Assembly (NCBI RefSeq): GCF_006345805.1
Contig: NC_042999.1
Coordinates: forward strand, 19,592,001 to 19,656,000
Direction: 5' to 3'
Source: Octopus sinensis
Lineage: Eukaryota
DNA length: 64,000 nt
A program made the translations under genes and the position numbers. Below are positions 26,144-39,637 of the stretch, piece by piece (position 1 is the stretch's first letter; every line of letters begins with the position of its first letter). The notes beneath the pieces were generated by a model. It made no database searches. It was not told where the DNA came from and saw only the letters and a list, made by a program, of their open reading frames with translations.

Positions 26144-26810
26144 CATATATATGACGGGCTTCTTTCAGTTTCCGTCTACCAAATCCACTCACAAGGCTTT
26201 GGTCAGCCCGAGGCTATAGTAGAAGACACTTGCCCAAGGTGCCACACAGTGGGACTGAACCTGGAACCATGTAGTTGGTAAGCAAGCTACTTACCACACA
26301 GCCACTCCTACGCCTAACTTGTATGTAGTTTGTACATAATGTATAGGCAAGCAATGGGCCTGTAGTTACCTGCCATCTCGGTAATTTCATTTCTGCCAAC
26401 AAGATTAGCCCTTGCTGTAGCAATCCAATTTGGTATATCAATCTGACCTGCCATAGTCCTTTTGAACACACATATTAATTGGTTTCTATAAAATATCAGC
26501 TTCTTGTACCAATATCCAACTATTAGTTCCCTTCCTGGTGCCTTCCTATTCTGTAGCTTGCCTACTACTATAGCGAAGGTTTCTGTATCAATTTCGTATG
26601 TTTTACTGTTAGTGTTGGTACAGTGTTCTCTCTCAGTTGCATTTAACCATGATTCATTCAGGTTGAAATCCCACTTTTTGTTCCGAAATTTTGACCAGAA
26701 TTATTTTAGATTTTCCTGGGAGAGAGCTTTCTTAATGGCAATGTTTTCCTTCCTCGTCTCTCTGTATAATGCTTTTGGGTTGGAAGTAAACTTCTGATTG
26801 ATACTGACTC
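24990..26810 (-). pseudogene. Decayed non-LTR reverse transcriptase, R4/Dong-like clade
   Basis: Motifs APGRELIVGYWYKKL, NYRPIACLYIMYKLHTS, EQAGG, LDYKKAFNS, HSWL, GIF*GDSLSVLLFILALNPLS, HNFFVDDLKIYA, FSADIGMAFG, YKYLGI; stops and frameshifts; split by a SINE. Confidence 0.85.
25857..26314 (-). mobile_element. Family A SINE inserted in an RT fossil
   Basis: Full-length copy; TAACTT present on both flanks (candidate TSD). Confidence 0.9.
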
Positions 26811-26909
26811 GTTCAAAAATTCACATGTATGTATGTCGGTAGGTGTGTGTGTGGGGGTGAGTAAGCGTGTGTGTGGTGCATGTGTGTGCTTATGTAGAAA
26901 TATCTGTGT

Positions 26910-27548
26910 GCTTGAGATATGCTGTGCTTGAGAAGACTCGGAAAGCTCAAGTGAGACCATAACCTTGTGGCCTATGCCAGGGGTGTAACCAGCCCACTTA
27001 TGCATACCTTTCCTTCATTGGACACTAAACTCTGCTTGCGAAGGCCTGTTGAGGCGAGTAAAATTGAAATTGAAGTCAAAATCGAAATCAAATTCGATGA
27101 CTGGCATCCATACTAGTGCAGTGCTAAGAGAACCATAGGAGCATGATCATTGCAACAAGATGGCTTCCATGCTGATGGCACATAAAAAGCTCCATTTGAG
27201 TGTGATCATTACCTGCATCGTCTTACTAGCACTTGTGCTGGTGGCATGGGAAAAAACATTCAAGCGAGGTCATTGCCAGTGCCGTTGAACTGGCTCCTGT
27301 GCAGGTGGCACATAAAAAGCAGCATTTGAGCATGGCCGTTGCCAGTACCGCCTGACTGGCCCTCATGCCGGTGGCACGTAAAAGCACCCACTACACTCTC
27401 GGATTGGTTGGCATTAGGAAGGGCATCCAGCTGTAGAAGCTCTGCCAGATCAAGATTGGAGTCTGGTGCAACCATTTGGTTCGCCAGTCCTCAGTGAAAT
27501 TGTCCAACCCATGCTAGCATGGAAAGTGGACGTTAAACGATGATGATG
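26910..27548 (+). mobile_element. Family B 3' end including ORF-end remnant
   Basis: GATATGCTGTGCTTGAGAAGAC matches the ORF end seen at 11110-11135; (GAT)n tail. Confidence 0.8.
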
Positions 27549-28310
27549 TATGTCAGTAGGTGTGTGTGTGTGTGTTCGAATGAGTGTGCGTGTTTATGTA
27601 GAAATATCTGTTTCAACAAAGCTATTGTCTGATCCTGTAGACACTGAAAAGTGGTTGATAGAAGGATAAAAAAAATTATGAAAACATAGCTGATAATATG
27701 ATGAAGATGATGATGCTGCAATTGAATTCAGTTTCATTAAATAAATCCAATACCTCAAAACTATGGAGCAACAGTGATACATTGAGAAATTTTTCATCAA
27801 CTTCTTAAAGACACTTTAAGATATAAATTAAGTGCCTGCTGCTGTTGATTTGAACTTGGTTCCCTGATTATGATTATGATTATGGACTTTTGGCATTTGT
27901 ACAAAACAATGCACATTTCATAATACAGGTCATGTTGCTGTGCCATGGAAGAGTATTATTTACTCCCAACAAACACCAAGAAACAACAAACAGCCAAGTA
28001 AATGAATTAACAAACCAGCAAGGCAGGCAGTAAGATCACCAAAGAAATAATTATGAGGCTAGCTAACATTATAACAGAATTATCATTCAGCTAATGACAC
28101 ATGTTAAAGACACTAATCAGGTAATTAAGGGATAAATATCGTTGTTTCATGCAGTGCTTAATGGGAAGAGCATTGAACTACTGTAGTGGCTAAATAAATA
28201 TTCTTCATTTACTTAAAAGTCACAAAAACAGCTGTATTAACAAATCGCCAGGCTTTTGAATATAAAACTGTACCAAAAATAAACAATAGCCACACAGCCA
28301 CTCCTACATA

Positions 28311-28712
28311 GGCGTAGGAGCGGCTGTGTGGTAAGTAGCTTGCTTACCAACAACATGGTTCCGGATTCAGTCCCACTGCATGGCACCTTGGGCAAGTGTC
28401 TTCTACTAGAGCCTCAGGGTGACCAATGCCTTGTGAGTGGATTTGGTAGACGTAAACTGAAAGATGGTCGCCGTATATGTGTGTGTGTGTATGTGTGTGT
28501 GTGTGTGTGTTTGTGTGTCTGTGTTTGTCCCTCCAGCATCGCTTGACAACCGACGCTGATGTGTTTACGTCCCCGTAACTTAGCAGTTCGGCAAAAGAAG
28601 ACCGATAGAATAAGTACTAGGCTTACAAAGAATAAGTCCTGGGGTCGATTTGCTCGACTAAAGGCGGTGCTCCAGCATGGCCACAGTTAATTGACTGAAA
28701 CAAGTAAAAGAG
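28311..28712 (+). mobile_element. Family A SINE
   Basis: Family head and tail. Confidence 0.9.
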
Positions 28713-29194
28713 TATCGCCCATGTACACGTGGACGTAGCCGCGACTGATCCCGTCAGTCACCGGGAGTCTGTAGCGATATGCACCGGGTAAATATAATGA
28801 CGTGGTCTGACCCGTAAGTTAACGGAAACAGACCTGTGAGCTTACGGGTCGGCCCATGCTGGATAGTCACACTCTAGGTGACCGTTGCACCCCAAGGGGG
28901 TCAAGACTATATTGAGGGCTAGCAGTCGGCAGGCGGATGTCTCCAGGATTGTTCGGCATGAGTGTTCGGTAATAACCGACAGAGTACAAGCAGACAAATT
29001 GGGATACAAATACAAGTGGTTGAAATAGGGCTTCCCCAAAGGATCTCTGGAGTAATATGCTCTTCTATTATTAAAGCCACAAGAACATCAGTAAAAGCTG
29101 CTACTCAGAGTCTTGATGACAAATGCATGACTAACAGGAACATGAAACTCTGAGTAACAGTTTTTCATGATGTTCATGCAACTTTAATAATAAA

Positions 29195-29580
29195 AGGGTG
29201 TGCAGATCAGAGATCTTGGTGTCTGTCTGGGTGGAGCCACAACCTCTCTGCATTGAGGGATCACAGCTCCAGTACTATGGACATGTGATTAAAATGTCAC
29301 AGGAAAGAATAGGTGGGAGACCCATGGGTAGACAAAGAATGATGTGGTTGATGATATCCATCGTCCTCAGTGGGTCATAGTCAGGAATACTGCCAGAAAG
29401 TGTAATGATGATTGCTTCTGATAAGACCCTATGGTGGAGGTACAATGATCCTTCAAGGAATATTGGATGGATGGATGGATGGATGGACAGACAGATGGAT
29501 GGATAGACGGGCAGACGGACGGACAGATGGATGAATGAATGGATGGATGGAATGATGGATGGATAAATGGATGGATGGAA
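29195..29580 (+). pseudogene. RTE (Rex3/Expander-like) 3' end with (TGGA)n tail
   Basis: IEGSQLQYYGHVIKMSQERIGGRPMGRQRMMW resembles the RTE C-terminus; followed by (GGAT)n at 29464-29580. Confidence 0.7.
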
Positions 29581-29914
29581 TAAGCATCTTACAAGGCAGT
29601 TAAGGAGCCACAAAGCTCTCTCTGACCTGCCAGAAATAGTTGTTAAATCTTCCCCCAATCATTATAACTTATTGTTTTATAAAGAAAAGAGTAACTGGAT
29701 AGAAATAATACATTTCTAAATCTCTCAGAGAGATTTATAAAGTAGTAACACGATAAAGTGGTGGTATGTTGTCAATTTAATGTGACAGTCCCATGAAAGG
29801 TAATAATACTACTGCTATTTAGCCCTGGGAAGCACTGCTTCCTGTCAGTCTTGACACATTTCTTGTGTCCTTACGTTTACAAAAGGGGAGATGAGCACCT
29901 AAAATATATCATAT

Positions 29915-30324
29915 AAGACTTATATCTGATATCGTCATGGATGACATTTCTGACTGTTCCTTCTGAAACATGGAGATCTTTTGCAATTAACTTCACGGCC
30001 TTTCAAAGATTGTAATCAATAGGCTGTGAACTTGTTAGGTAAATTCAGGTGTTCTGATGATTTCAGAGCATTTAGAATGCTTTTTATGCTTTGATACTGG
30101 TGATACATTTCCATCTTCAGTCTCTAACTCCGTACAAACTTTGTAGACGAAAGGTTTCACAGCTTTTAAAAACTGAGATATTTCTAAATCCCTATGCTCA
30201 TCATTTATAACCACAATAACAATAACATGCCTCTTCATTTCTTGAGTAAGCTTAGGATACCAAGTTAGCAAAAAATGCAGCAATGACCCAAAAAAGTTGT
30301 CCTCAAATACCTTATGCACCCTGT
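29915..30324 (-). mobile_element. Tc1/mariner 5' end with transposase N-terminal remnant
   Basis: TA|CAGGGTG terminus at about 30324; QEMKRHVIVI..DLEISQFLKAVKPFVYKV..IIRTPEF. Confidence 0.65.
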
Positions 30325-30815
30325 ATATATAGTAATTTATTTTCATACATACACACGTGTGTGTGTGTATGTATGTGTGTGTGTGTGTGTTTGTTTGTGT
30401 GTGTGTGTGTGTGTATGTGTGTGTGCGTGCATGTGTGTGTTTATTTTCCTCCATCACTTCTTAACAACCATCATTGCTTAGTTTCTTCATCTTGTATCTT
30501 ACCAGTTCCTCAAAAGAAACTAACAAAATAAGTAAAGTCAGTAAAGTTACCTTCTCGAGTCATGCTGACTAATAAGGGCCGGTTTGCTGGTTTCCATGGC
30601 ATAAACTCCTGGATGGGACACTGATCCATCGCAGGATTACTCATTTTCACCAGCTGAGTGAACTGGAGCAACATGAAATGAAGTATTTTCATCAAGAACA
30701 CAATGCATCACCTGGTCCAGGAATTGAAACCACAATATTTTGGTTATGAGCCCAACACCCTAACCAGTAAGCCATGCATTGCCATGAATAAAATAAGTGT
30801 TAGGCTTATAAAAAA

Positions 30816-31207
30816 CTAGCAGTATCACCCGGCATTGCTTGGGGTTGTTTTGACCCATTAGAATTGGAATTTTTGAAAAGTAAAAATTTTGCATTATGTA
30901 GGTTGTTATTCTCTTTAAGTGAACATTTTTCTGGTTGAAATACACCGAAAAACGGTAACAGAGCAGTCAAAGAATCGTAAAAAATAGGGATTTTCACAGA
31001 AAAAAAGCACCTTTTTGATGTAAATAATTTTTGGTGTTAACATGGTCCGATTTGAATTTTTTCTTCTAAGGAAGGAAGAGCAATCCTCCTTCTATCATAC
31101 TCTCAATTTTGGTTAACTTGCACCGCAGGGTCTCGGAGGAGATAGTGTTAATTGAAGGCTACCAAACCTGCCTTACACAGACAACTTCAGCTTTATATAT
31201 ATAGAGA
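30816..31207 (-). mobile_element. Non-autonomous Helitron (same family)
   Basis: Collinear with 9910-10308, same termini. Confidence 0.85.
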
Positions 31208-31227
31208 TTTATATATATATAAATATA

Positions 31228-31673
31228 GGCGCAGGAGTGGCTATGTGGTAAGTATATATATATAGGCGCAGGAGTGGCTATGTGGTAAGTAGCTTGCTAA
31301 CCAACCACATGATTCCGGGTTCAGTCCAACTGCGTGGCGCATTGGGCAAGTGTCTTCTGCTATATCCCCGGGCCGACCAATGCCTTGTGAGTGGATTTGG
31401 TAGACGGAAACTGAAAGAAGCCTGTCTTATATATGTATATATATGTATATGTATGTGTTTGTGTGTCTGTGTTTGTCCCCCTAGCATTGACTGACAACCG
31501 ATGCTGGTGTGTTTACGTCCCCGTCACTTAGCGGTTCGGCAAAAGAGACCGATAGAATAAGTACTGGGCTTACAAAGAATAAGTCCCAGGGTCGATTTGC
31601 TCGACTAAAGGCGGTGCTCCAGCATGGCCGCAGTCAAATGACTGAAACAAGTAAAAGAGTAAAGAGTAAAGAG
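31228..31673 (+). mobile_element. Family A SINE with duplicated 5' head
   Basis: GGCGCAGGAGTGGCTATGTGGTAAGTA occurs at about 31228 and again at about 31265. Confidence 0.9.
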
Positions 31674-32348
31674 AGATTAAGGAATAGGGTTGATTTGCTC
31701 AACCAAAACCATTCAATGTGATGCTCCAGCAAGGCCTCAGTCAAATGACTGAAGCAATAAAATGATAAATGATGATATCAAATGCTTTAATTAACAACTG
31801 ATCATTCATAAACATTTGTTATTAACCATATGAAGAATCCTGAAGAGAAGAAAAACTATACAAGACATTACAAGTCACATGATACAAATTCATTTTAAAC
31901 AAATTCTCTTTGGTCACAAAGATTGTAAATTATCCAATTTTTTTTTTTTTTTTTCTCCAAAAGCCATTTATAGTGATTTCATATCAAATTTAACAAATAT
32001 GGTTTGACTAATATGGTAATAAGATTCTGCTAGAGAAGAAATAAATGTCATCTTGAAATGAAGTGTGTTCGTGTTTAAGGAAACTTTCTGCAAAATATAA
32101 GAATGAATTAAATAAAAGATGGTATGGTGAAATCCAAGTTGTGATTTATTTGATGAAGTTAGCATCAGCATAAAACATTTTTCAAGTAGTTGGGATAATT
32201 TACTCGTTTCAATAGAAAATTTTAATTTTTAGTTTCTTCTAATACATTAAGTATGTAAAAGTGCATTTATATTATGTGGCAATGACAGACAAAGGCTGAA
32301 GGTCTCATTGCAAATCACTGGATGTATTATTCATTCATTTAGTATTAA

Positions 32349-32414
<66 letters not shown>

Positions 32415-33124
32415 CATTATTATTATTATTATTATTATTCATTGTTGTTGTTATTCTGAAAGACTTTCAGATACTTCTTAATTGCCAATTATTCTTTACT
32501 TGAAAGCAGGCAATAACAAATCACCAAAGGTTTCAAATGGTGCCTTCTCCTGGTGATTCAAAGAGACAATACTCTCCTTAGAATGTGAGCCGTAAAATAA
32601 TATTTAATTATTTTAAATGTATACAAATGCATAAAAATAATTTCTAATTCCATTAGACATTCGAAAATACTATCAAATTTCATTCAGTTTTCATAAAGGT
32701 ACAATCGGACAGAACTTATGGGATGACCTGATACCTCAGCTCATGTATGCACATGGACACACACACACACATATGACTTCAGGCTCAATCCTAGTGTGTG
32801 ACACCTTAGGCAAGTTTTTCTACTGTAGCTCTGGGCCAACTGAAACTTTGTGTGTGCTTATTTATGTTTCATTGTCTTGACAAGAAGGTACAACTCTGCA
32901 CACACACACATATGAAAAAAGGGGTAAAGACTCCTCCCCCCTCACTTCAGTCATGATTGACCATGGGATTTCATTTAGAAAGTTCACCTCCAAGGTACAA
33001 GTCCGGGCAAGGGTGTTTATTGGAGACCAGCAGTTGCCCTTGCATGCCAGCCTCCTCTCTTCACACCACCGATGTTACACTCTCTTTCAGGTATCCCCAC
33101 AAGAAATAATCCAGGTTAAAGGCC

Positions 33125-33372
33125 TTTCAAGTAGACCTCACACATGGTTCCAGCAAGATGGGACAACTGCTCATACCGCTAGAGAAACAATGCAGTGACT
33201 ATTGGCAGTGCTTTTCAGAGAGAATAATCTCCCACTACGGCAATGTCAACTGGACTTCACATTCTCCAGACTTGACTAGCCTAGAGATTTTCTTGTGGGG
33301 ATACCAGAAAGAGAAGGGTTACATCAACAAACTGGAGACCCTGATGCAACTGAAGGAGAACATCAATAGAGA
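33125..33372 (+). pseudogene. Tc1/mariner DDD transposase fragment
   Basis: WFQQDGTTAHTARETM; RIISHYGNVNWTSHSPDLTSLEIFLWGYQKEKGYINKLETLMQLKENI. Confidence 0.9.
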
Positions 33373-33373
33373 T

Positions 33374-33790
33374 AGGCATAGGAGTGGCTGTGTGGTAAGT
33401 AGCTTGCTTACGAACCACATGATTCCGGGTTCAGTCCCACTGTGTGGCACCTTGGGCAAGTGTCTTCTACTATAGCCTCAGGCCGACCAAAGCCTTGTGA
33501 GTGGATTTGGTAGACGAAAACTGAAAGAAGCCCGTCGTAAGTATGTATATATATGGATGTGTATGTGTATATGTTTGTGTGTCTGTGTTTGTCCCCACAA
33601 CATCGCTTGACAACCGATGCTGGTGTGTTTACGTCCCCGTAACTTAGCGGTTCGGCAAAAGAGACTGATAGAATAAGTACTAGGCTTACAAAGAATAAGT
33701 CCTGGGGTCGATTTGCTTGACTAAAAGGTGGTGCTCCAGCATGGCCACAGTCAAATTACTGAAACAAGTAAAAGATTAAAAGAGTAAAGA
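33374..33790 (+). mobile_element. Family A SINE
   Basis: Family head and tail. Confidence 0.9.
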
Positions 33791-35789
33791 GAAATCAAAG
33801 AAGTGGGGTCTGAAACACTTGAAGATGTTATGGTGCTAGTTTTGGAAAGACCATAGGTGTGTGAAGTTGAAAATAGCTGCCATTTAAGCGATGTCATTTT
33901 GAGAATGAGTGTTGCCAGAGTGGCTAACTGGCTTCCATGCCGGTGGCTCATAAAAAAGGTACCATTGGAGCATGATCGTTACCAGCGTCACCTTATTAGC
34001 ACTTGTGCCGGTGGCACACGAAAATACATTTGAACTAGGTCGTTGCCAGTGCCACTGGACTGGCTCTTGTGCAGGTGGCACATAAAAAGCACCATTTGAG
34101 CATGGCCGATGCCAGTTCCACCTGACTGGCCCCTATGCTGGTGGAATGCTTGGTGGTATTTCGTCTGTCAGTACGTTCTGAGTTCAAATTCCACAAAGGT
34201 CAACTTTGCCTTTCATCTTTTCGGGGTCGATAAATTAAGTACGAGTTGTGTACAGGGGATAATCTAAATGACTGGCCCTCTTCCCCAAAACTAGAGTAGA
34301 AAAGGAAAGATATTCTGGTCTACCATCAAACACACATGTCTGTTCCTTTTTCGAAACAGTTCAATGTGACTTAGTGAGATTTAGCTGCTATTTCTAGCAT
34401 ACTGAGCAACCATGTAAAATCTACACTGTTGATTTACCCTATAGACAGGTGTGCCATTTATAGAATCAACCCTAACAATGCCTAATACTTATTTTACCAT
34501 CCCAAACATTTGAATTTTAAACAAAGGGCAGTTATATATAGTAATGTATTGCGTTTAATATATATAAAGTCCAATGACTGGTATATTTAATATAAATCCA
34601 ACCATTGTAGAGACACCGTTGAGCTGATAATCAAAATGTGCTACTCTATTTGCTTTGGTTAACCTACCTGAGTTAAGTCAATGGCATACTTTCATTTCCT
34701 GGTTGCAGAATTGATATTTTTGTTTTTGTTTTTTTTTTTTGTTTTTTTTGTTTTCTTTTGTTGTTTTTTTATACTGGATTACTGATGTAGTTGAGAAACG
34801 TTAGAACATCCCACAATCTCGTTTTTCCCCTTTCCTTTTAAATCTGAGAACTTGGGCCTGTGTAAGGAATCAATATTAGCATTTTATGGATGAGTGGCGA
34901 ACTATAGGGGAAAGAAGAAGAAGAAGAAGAAGTAACAAAACAAAACAAAAAAAAAAACACATCCTTTAACTATCAAAAACACCTAATGCAACAATTCATT
35001 CCGATATCTAAATTTACCAAAATTACCAACCAATGCTGGCATGGAAGAATAAATGCAAAAACAAAAAACAATAAATCAATACGAAAAACAGGAAAAAAAA
35101 ATAGACGATATACAATGCAAAACACCTACTGTCAATGAGGAATGAAAATGAGGTTGCATATCTATTTTGGTTGGCTTCCCCTAATCATATTCTGTGTTTA
35201 TTTGGAATTTCTCAAGCTTATCTCTAGTTTTCAGATACTCTTCCCTTGCATGGAAACATAGCTCTATGGAACAGTAATAACCTTATCACTGCAAAAGGAA
35301 AATAGCTGCCACTAAACTGTATACTCCAGTAACCTAACTGCAGGGAATCACAAATATTCTTCCGCCCTTTATTGAAACCAGATTCAGAAAGATGAGAATA
35401 TTTCTATAGGTTTTTCATTGCTGTTTCTTTTTGGAATACGCAAGGGAAAGTTATTGTTACATATAGAATAAATATGCAACAGGAAGCAGTGTGAATTTTG
35501 GGGATGTTTGTACTAGAAATAAATAGGATTTCTTGTTGCTGTTTTGTGACAAATATCAGCCCTGATTGGGTAAAGTGGCAGTCAAAAATCTTTCCAGCCA
35601 TGATCACTGCATTCTCGAAATTTTAAACCAGAATTGGGAAAACTGTGGCGCATGGGCCACATGTGATCCATGGGATTTTCTGAATGGCATGCTTAATGAA
35701 AATTTACTTTGAATTTATTTAGCAATGTGGTTTGCCTGATGATGAAACATCTCTCATTTGGCCTACTTCTTGAAAATGGTTTCCCATGC

Positions 35790-36142
35790 TTCATCATCAT
35801 CATCATCATCGTTTAACATCCGCTTTCCATGCTGGCATGGGTTGGACAATTTGACTGAGGACTGGCGAACCAGATGGCTGCACCAGGCTCCAATCTTGAT
35901 CTGGCAGAGTTTCTACAGCTGGATGCCCTTCCTAACGCCAACCACTCCAAGAGTGTAGTGGATGTTTTAATGTGCCACCAGCACGGGGCCAGTCAGGCGG
36001 TACTGGCAATGATTTTGCTTGAATCTTTTACACATGCCACCGGCACAGGTGCCAGTAAGGCGATGCTGGTAACGATCATGCTCGAATGGTGTATTTTACG
36101 TGCCACCAGCACGGAGGCCAGATAGCCGCTCTGGCAACGATC
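35790..36142 (-). mobile_element. Family B 3' end
   Basis: Family motifs in reverse. Confidence 0.8.
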
Positions 36143-36408
36143 ATCAAATAATACAACTACAAGCTTGTAGGTCAAAGGTCAAACTCTGTTGTACACATTT
36201 CATTTTGTTGACTAAGGATGCGACAATTAAAACTGATTGGTTAACAACAGAAATTATATCTACCCAGCTGTACATAAGTCAATCTAAGTATAAAGTAACC
36301 AATGAAAACTTTAGATATAAGTCACATGAACTAATTGTAGTCTAACTGCAAATGGATTTTGTTATTTTCTCAAGAGGTAAAAGACAATTGGAAGAGATTT
36401 GAACAATA

Positions 36409-36822
36409 GGCGCAGGAGTGGCTGTGTGGTAAGTAGCTTGTTTACCAACCACATGGTTCCGGGTTCAGTCCCACTGCGTGACACTTTGGGCAAGTGTCTT
36501 CTACTATAGCCTTGGGCTGACCAAAGCCTTGTGAGTGGATTTGGAAGATGGAAACTGAAAGAAGCCCGTCATATATATGTATATATATATATTTCCGTGT
36601 GTGTGTTTGTGTGTCTGTGTTTGTCCCCCTAGCATTGTTTGACAACCGATGCTGGTGTGTTTATGTCCCCGTTACTTAGCGGCTCGGCAAAAGAGACCGA
36701 TAGAATAAGTACTGGGCTTACAAAAGAATAAGTCCCGGGGTCGATTTGCTTGATTAAAGGTGGTGCTCCAGCATGGCTGCAGTCAAATGACTGAAACAAG
36801 TAAAAGAGTAAGGAGAGAGAGT
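36409..36822 (+). mobile_element. Family A SINE
   Basis: Family head and tail. Confidence 0.9.
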
Positions 36823-37699
36823 AGAGAAACATGGCTAAACATAGAATGTACATTTGTTGAGTGGTTCACCAGCTTTAACAAGAAAGAAAAAGTAGAAAAA
36901 GTAATCTTCTAGTAAGCTAAGTACAATGAAGTCAAAAGCACCCCAGTACCCTGTAGTACTTAAGAAATACCCTATCCAAAGCATTACTTCAGTCCTGACA
37001 AAAACATATCTTTAATCAAAGACTCTCCAACTGCGACCATACCTACTTTCAGGTATCTACATTGTCATGTTGCATTGCCTTACTAAGATAGTGTATGATT
37101 TGAAAGCTTTTTGGTTGCTATTACTAGTAGATCAAGTAACTATGCAGGGATTACTTTAATAGCTGTTATTTTATTAACATTAGGGAAAATTTGTCAACAA
37201 GGTCCCTAAACCTGCTTGAAATAACAGCAGCTAAATATATATGACAATTTAAAATAAGAGACACTGATATAGTTTTACTCCAGAAAACTAACAAGGTAGT
37301 CATGGCTGAAATACCTAGGGTTAAACGACACTGTAGAATCTCTATTGATCAATGTTCTTCTGGCATCTCTACAGGCAGATGTGGGCAGGATTTCTTTGAA
37401 AGAAAATTAACCACTGCTCCTGCATGTAAGTCACTGATGTATAAGAGAGAAGTTGTTGAATAGGTCCAATAAAGTTTGGCATCATCATCATCATTATAGG
37501 AATTGTTGTCAAAATTCAAAGAGCCAATTCTCTAACAGTTCTATTAAGCCACCATCTTTGGTTGGTCTTGTAAAACAAAACACAGCAGCATTTGAACTTG
37601 GAGCACAGAGACTCAAACAAACACTCGAGATAATCTTCTGTCTGACGCTAGTGAAACCCAAAAGAAGCAGAGGAACTCTTACATAGAACTAGATTTTCT

Positions 37700-38052
37700 T
37701 TTATTCTTTTACTTGTTTCAGTCATCTGACTGTGGCCATGCTGGAGCACCGCCTTTAGTCTTTTACTTATTTCAGTCATCTGACTGTGGCCATGCTGGAG
37801 CACCACCTTTAGTCTTTTACTTGTTCCAGTCATCTGACTGTGGCTATGCTGGAGCACCGCCTTTAGTCGAGAAAATCGACTCCAGGTCTTATTCTTTGTA
37901 AGCCTAGTACTTATTCTATCGGTCTCTTTTGCCGAAGTGCTAGGTTATGGGGATGTAAACACACCAGCCTTGGTTATCAAGCAATGTTGGGGGGACGAAC
38001 ACAGACACACAAACATATACACACACACACAAATATATATATATACATATAT
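37700..38052 (-). mobile_element. Family A SINE 3' half with triplicated 3' terminal segment
   Basis: ~54-bp segment CTTTTACTTGTTTCAGTCATCTGACTGTGGCCATGCTGGAGCACCGCCTTTAGT repeated three times at 37706-37868. Confidence 0.9.
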
Positions 38053-38284
38053 ATGATCACAATTTTATATTTTATATAGGATCACAATTTTATTGTGGTC
38101 AGCAGGTCATCTTGAGTACAACACTGTGCCACATATCTCAGTCCTATGTCATCTTCTTCATGAGGTTCACTGTTCTGAGATTGGTCTATATATATGCATA
38201 TAATCATATGTACGTGCATCATTCATGCTTATACATACATACACATATGAGCATGTCTAGATATGCAACTATATGCATGAGAAT

Positions 38285-39170
38285 ACATCATCATCATCAT
38301 CATCGTTTAACATCTGTTTTCCATGCTAGCATGGGTTGGACGGTTCGACCGGGGTCTGGGAAGCCAGGAGGCTGCACCAGGCTCCAGTCTGATCTGGCAG
38401 TGTTTCTACAGCTGGATGCCCTTCCTAATGCCAACCACTCCATGAGTGTAGTGGGTGCTTTATACATGCCACCGGCACACGCCAGAGGGGGCTGGCAACG
38501 GCCATGATCAGTTGGTGCTTTTTACGTGCCACTGGCACAGGTATCACAAATACAATTTTCATTTGGTTTTTATTTTGACGTTGATGTACTTGATTCAATA
38601 GGTCTCCTGAAGCACAGCAGGTCGCCCTATAGAATACATACATAAAATATACTAATTTACACATACATACATACATATATACATACATACAAAAATACCC
38701 TGTTGTTAATGTTGAAATTCCAATGAAGGAGCCTTGGATCTAGGTTTAAAACCAGTTCTTACTCTATTGGCAAAAAATCTTGAAATAAACTGAATAATGA
38801 CACATATACATACCTGCATTGCTTTACTAGCACTTGTGCTGGTGGCACATGAAAAAACATTCGAGTGAGGTCGTTGCCAGTGCCGCTGGAATGGCTACTG
38901 TGCATGTGCACATAAAAAGCACCATGTGAGCATGGCTGTTGCCAGTACCGCCTGATTGGCTCTCATGCCAGTTGCATGTAAATGCACCCACTACACTCTC
39001 GGAGTGGTTGGAGTTAGGAAGGGCATCCAGCTGTAGAAGCTCTGCCAGATCAGATTGGGGTCTGGTGCAGCCATCTGGTTCACCAGACTTCAGTCAAAAT
39101 CATCGTCCAACCCATGCTAGCATGGAAAGCGAACGTTAAATGATGATGATGATGATGATGATGACGATGA
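38285..39170. mobile_element. Two divergently oriented family B copies
   Basis: Minus 38285-38630, plus 38820-39170. Confidence 0.8.
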
Positions 39171-39509
39171 TACATACATACATGCATACTTACATACATA
39201 CATACATACATACGTAGTTGCATACATGCATACATGCATTCATACATACATGCATACATACATACATACATACATACATACATACATACATACGTAGTTG
39301 CATACATGCATACATGCATTCATACATACATGCATACATACATACATACATACATACATACATACATACATACATACATACATACGTAGTTGCATACATG
39401 CATTCATACATACATGCATACATACATACATACATACATACATACATACATACATACGTAGTTGCATACATGCATTCATACATACATGCATACATACATA
39501 CATGCATAC

Positions 39510-39540
<31 letters not shown>

Positions 39541-39637
39541 GTTGCATACATGCATACATCCATTCATACATACATGCATACATACATACATACATACATA
39601 CATACATACATACATACATACATACATACATACATAC
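39170..39637. repeat. Compound (TACA)n microsatellite with a higher-order unit
   Basis: GTAGTTGCATACATGCA..TTCATAC interruption recurs five times. Confidence 0.9.

Noticed and set aside
32007-32590. Two possible small minus-strand exons
   Set aside because: One lacks an AG acceptor (TTTACGG) and the peptides are unrecognisable
37540-37650. Minus-strand peptide EDYLECLFESLCSKFKCCC..RWW, loosely like a Na-channel linker
   Set aside because: Flanked by several stops, no convincing splice sites; likely chance
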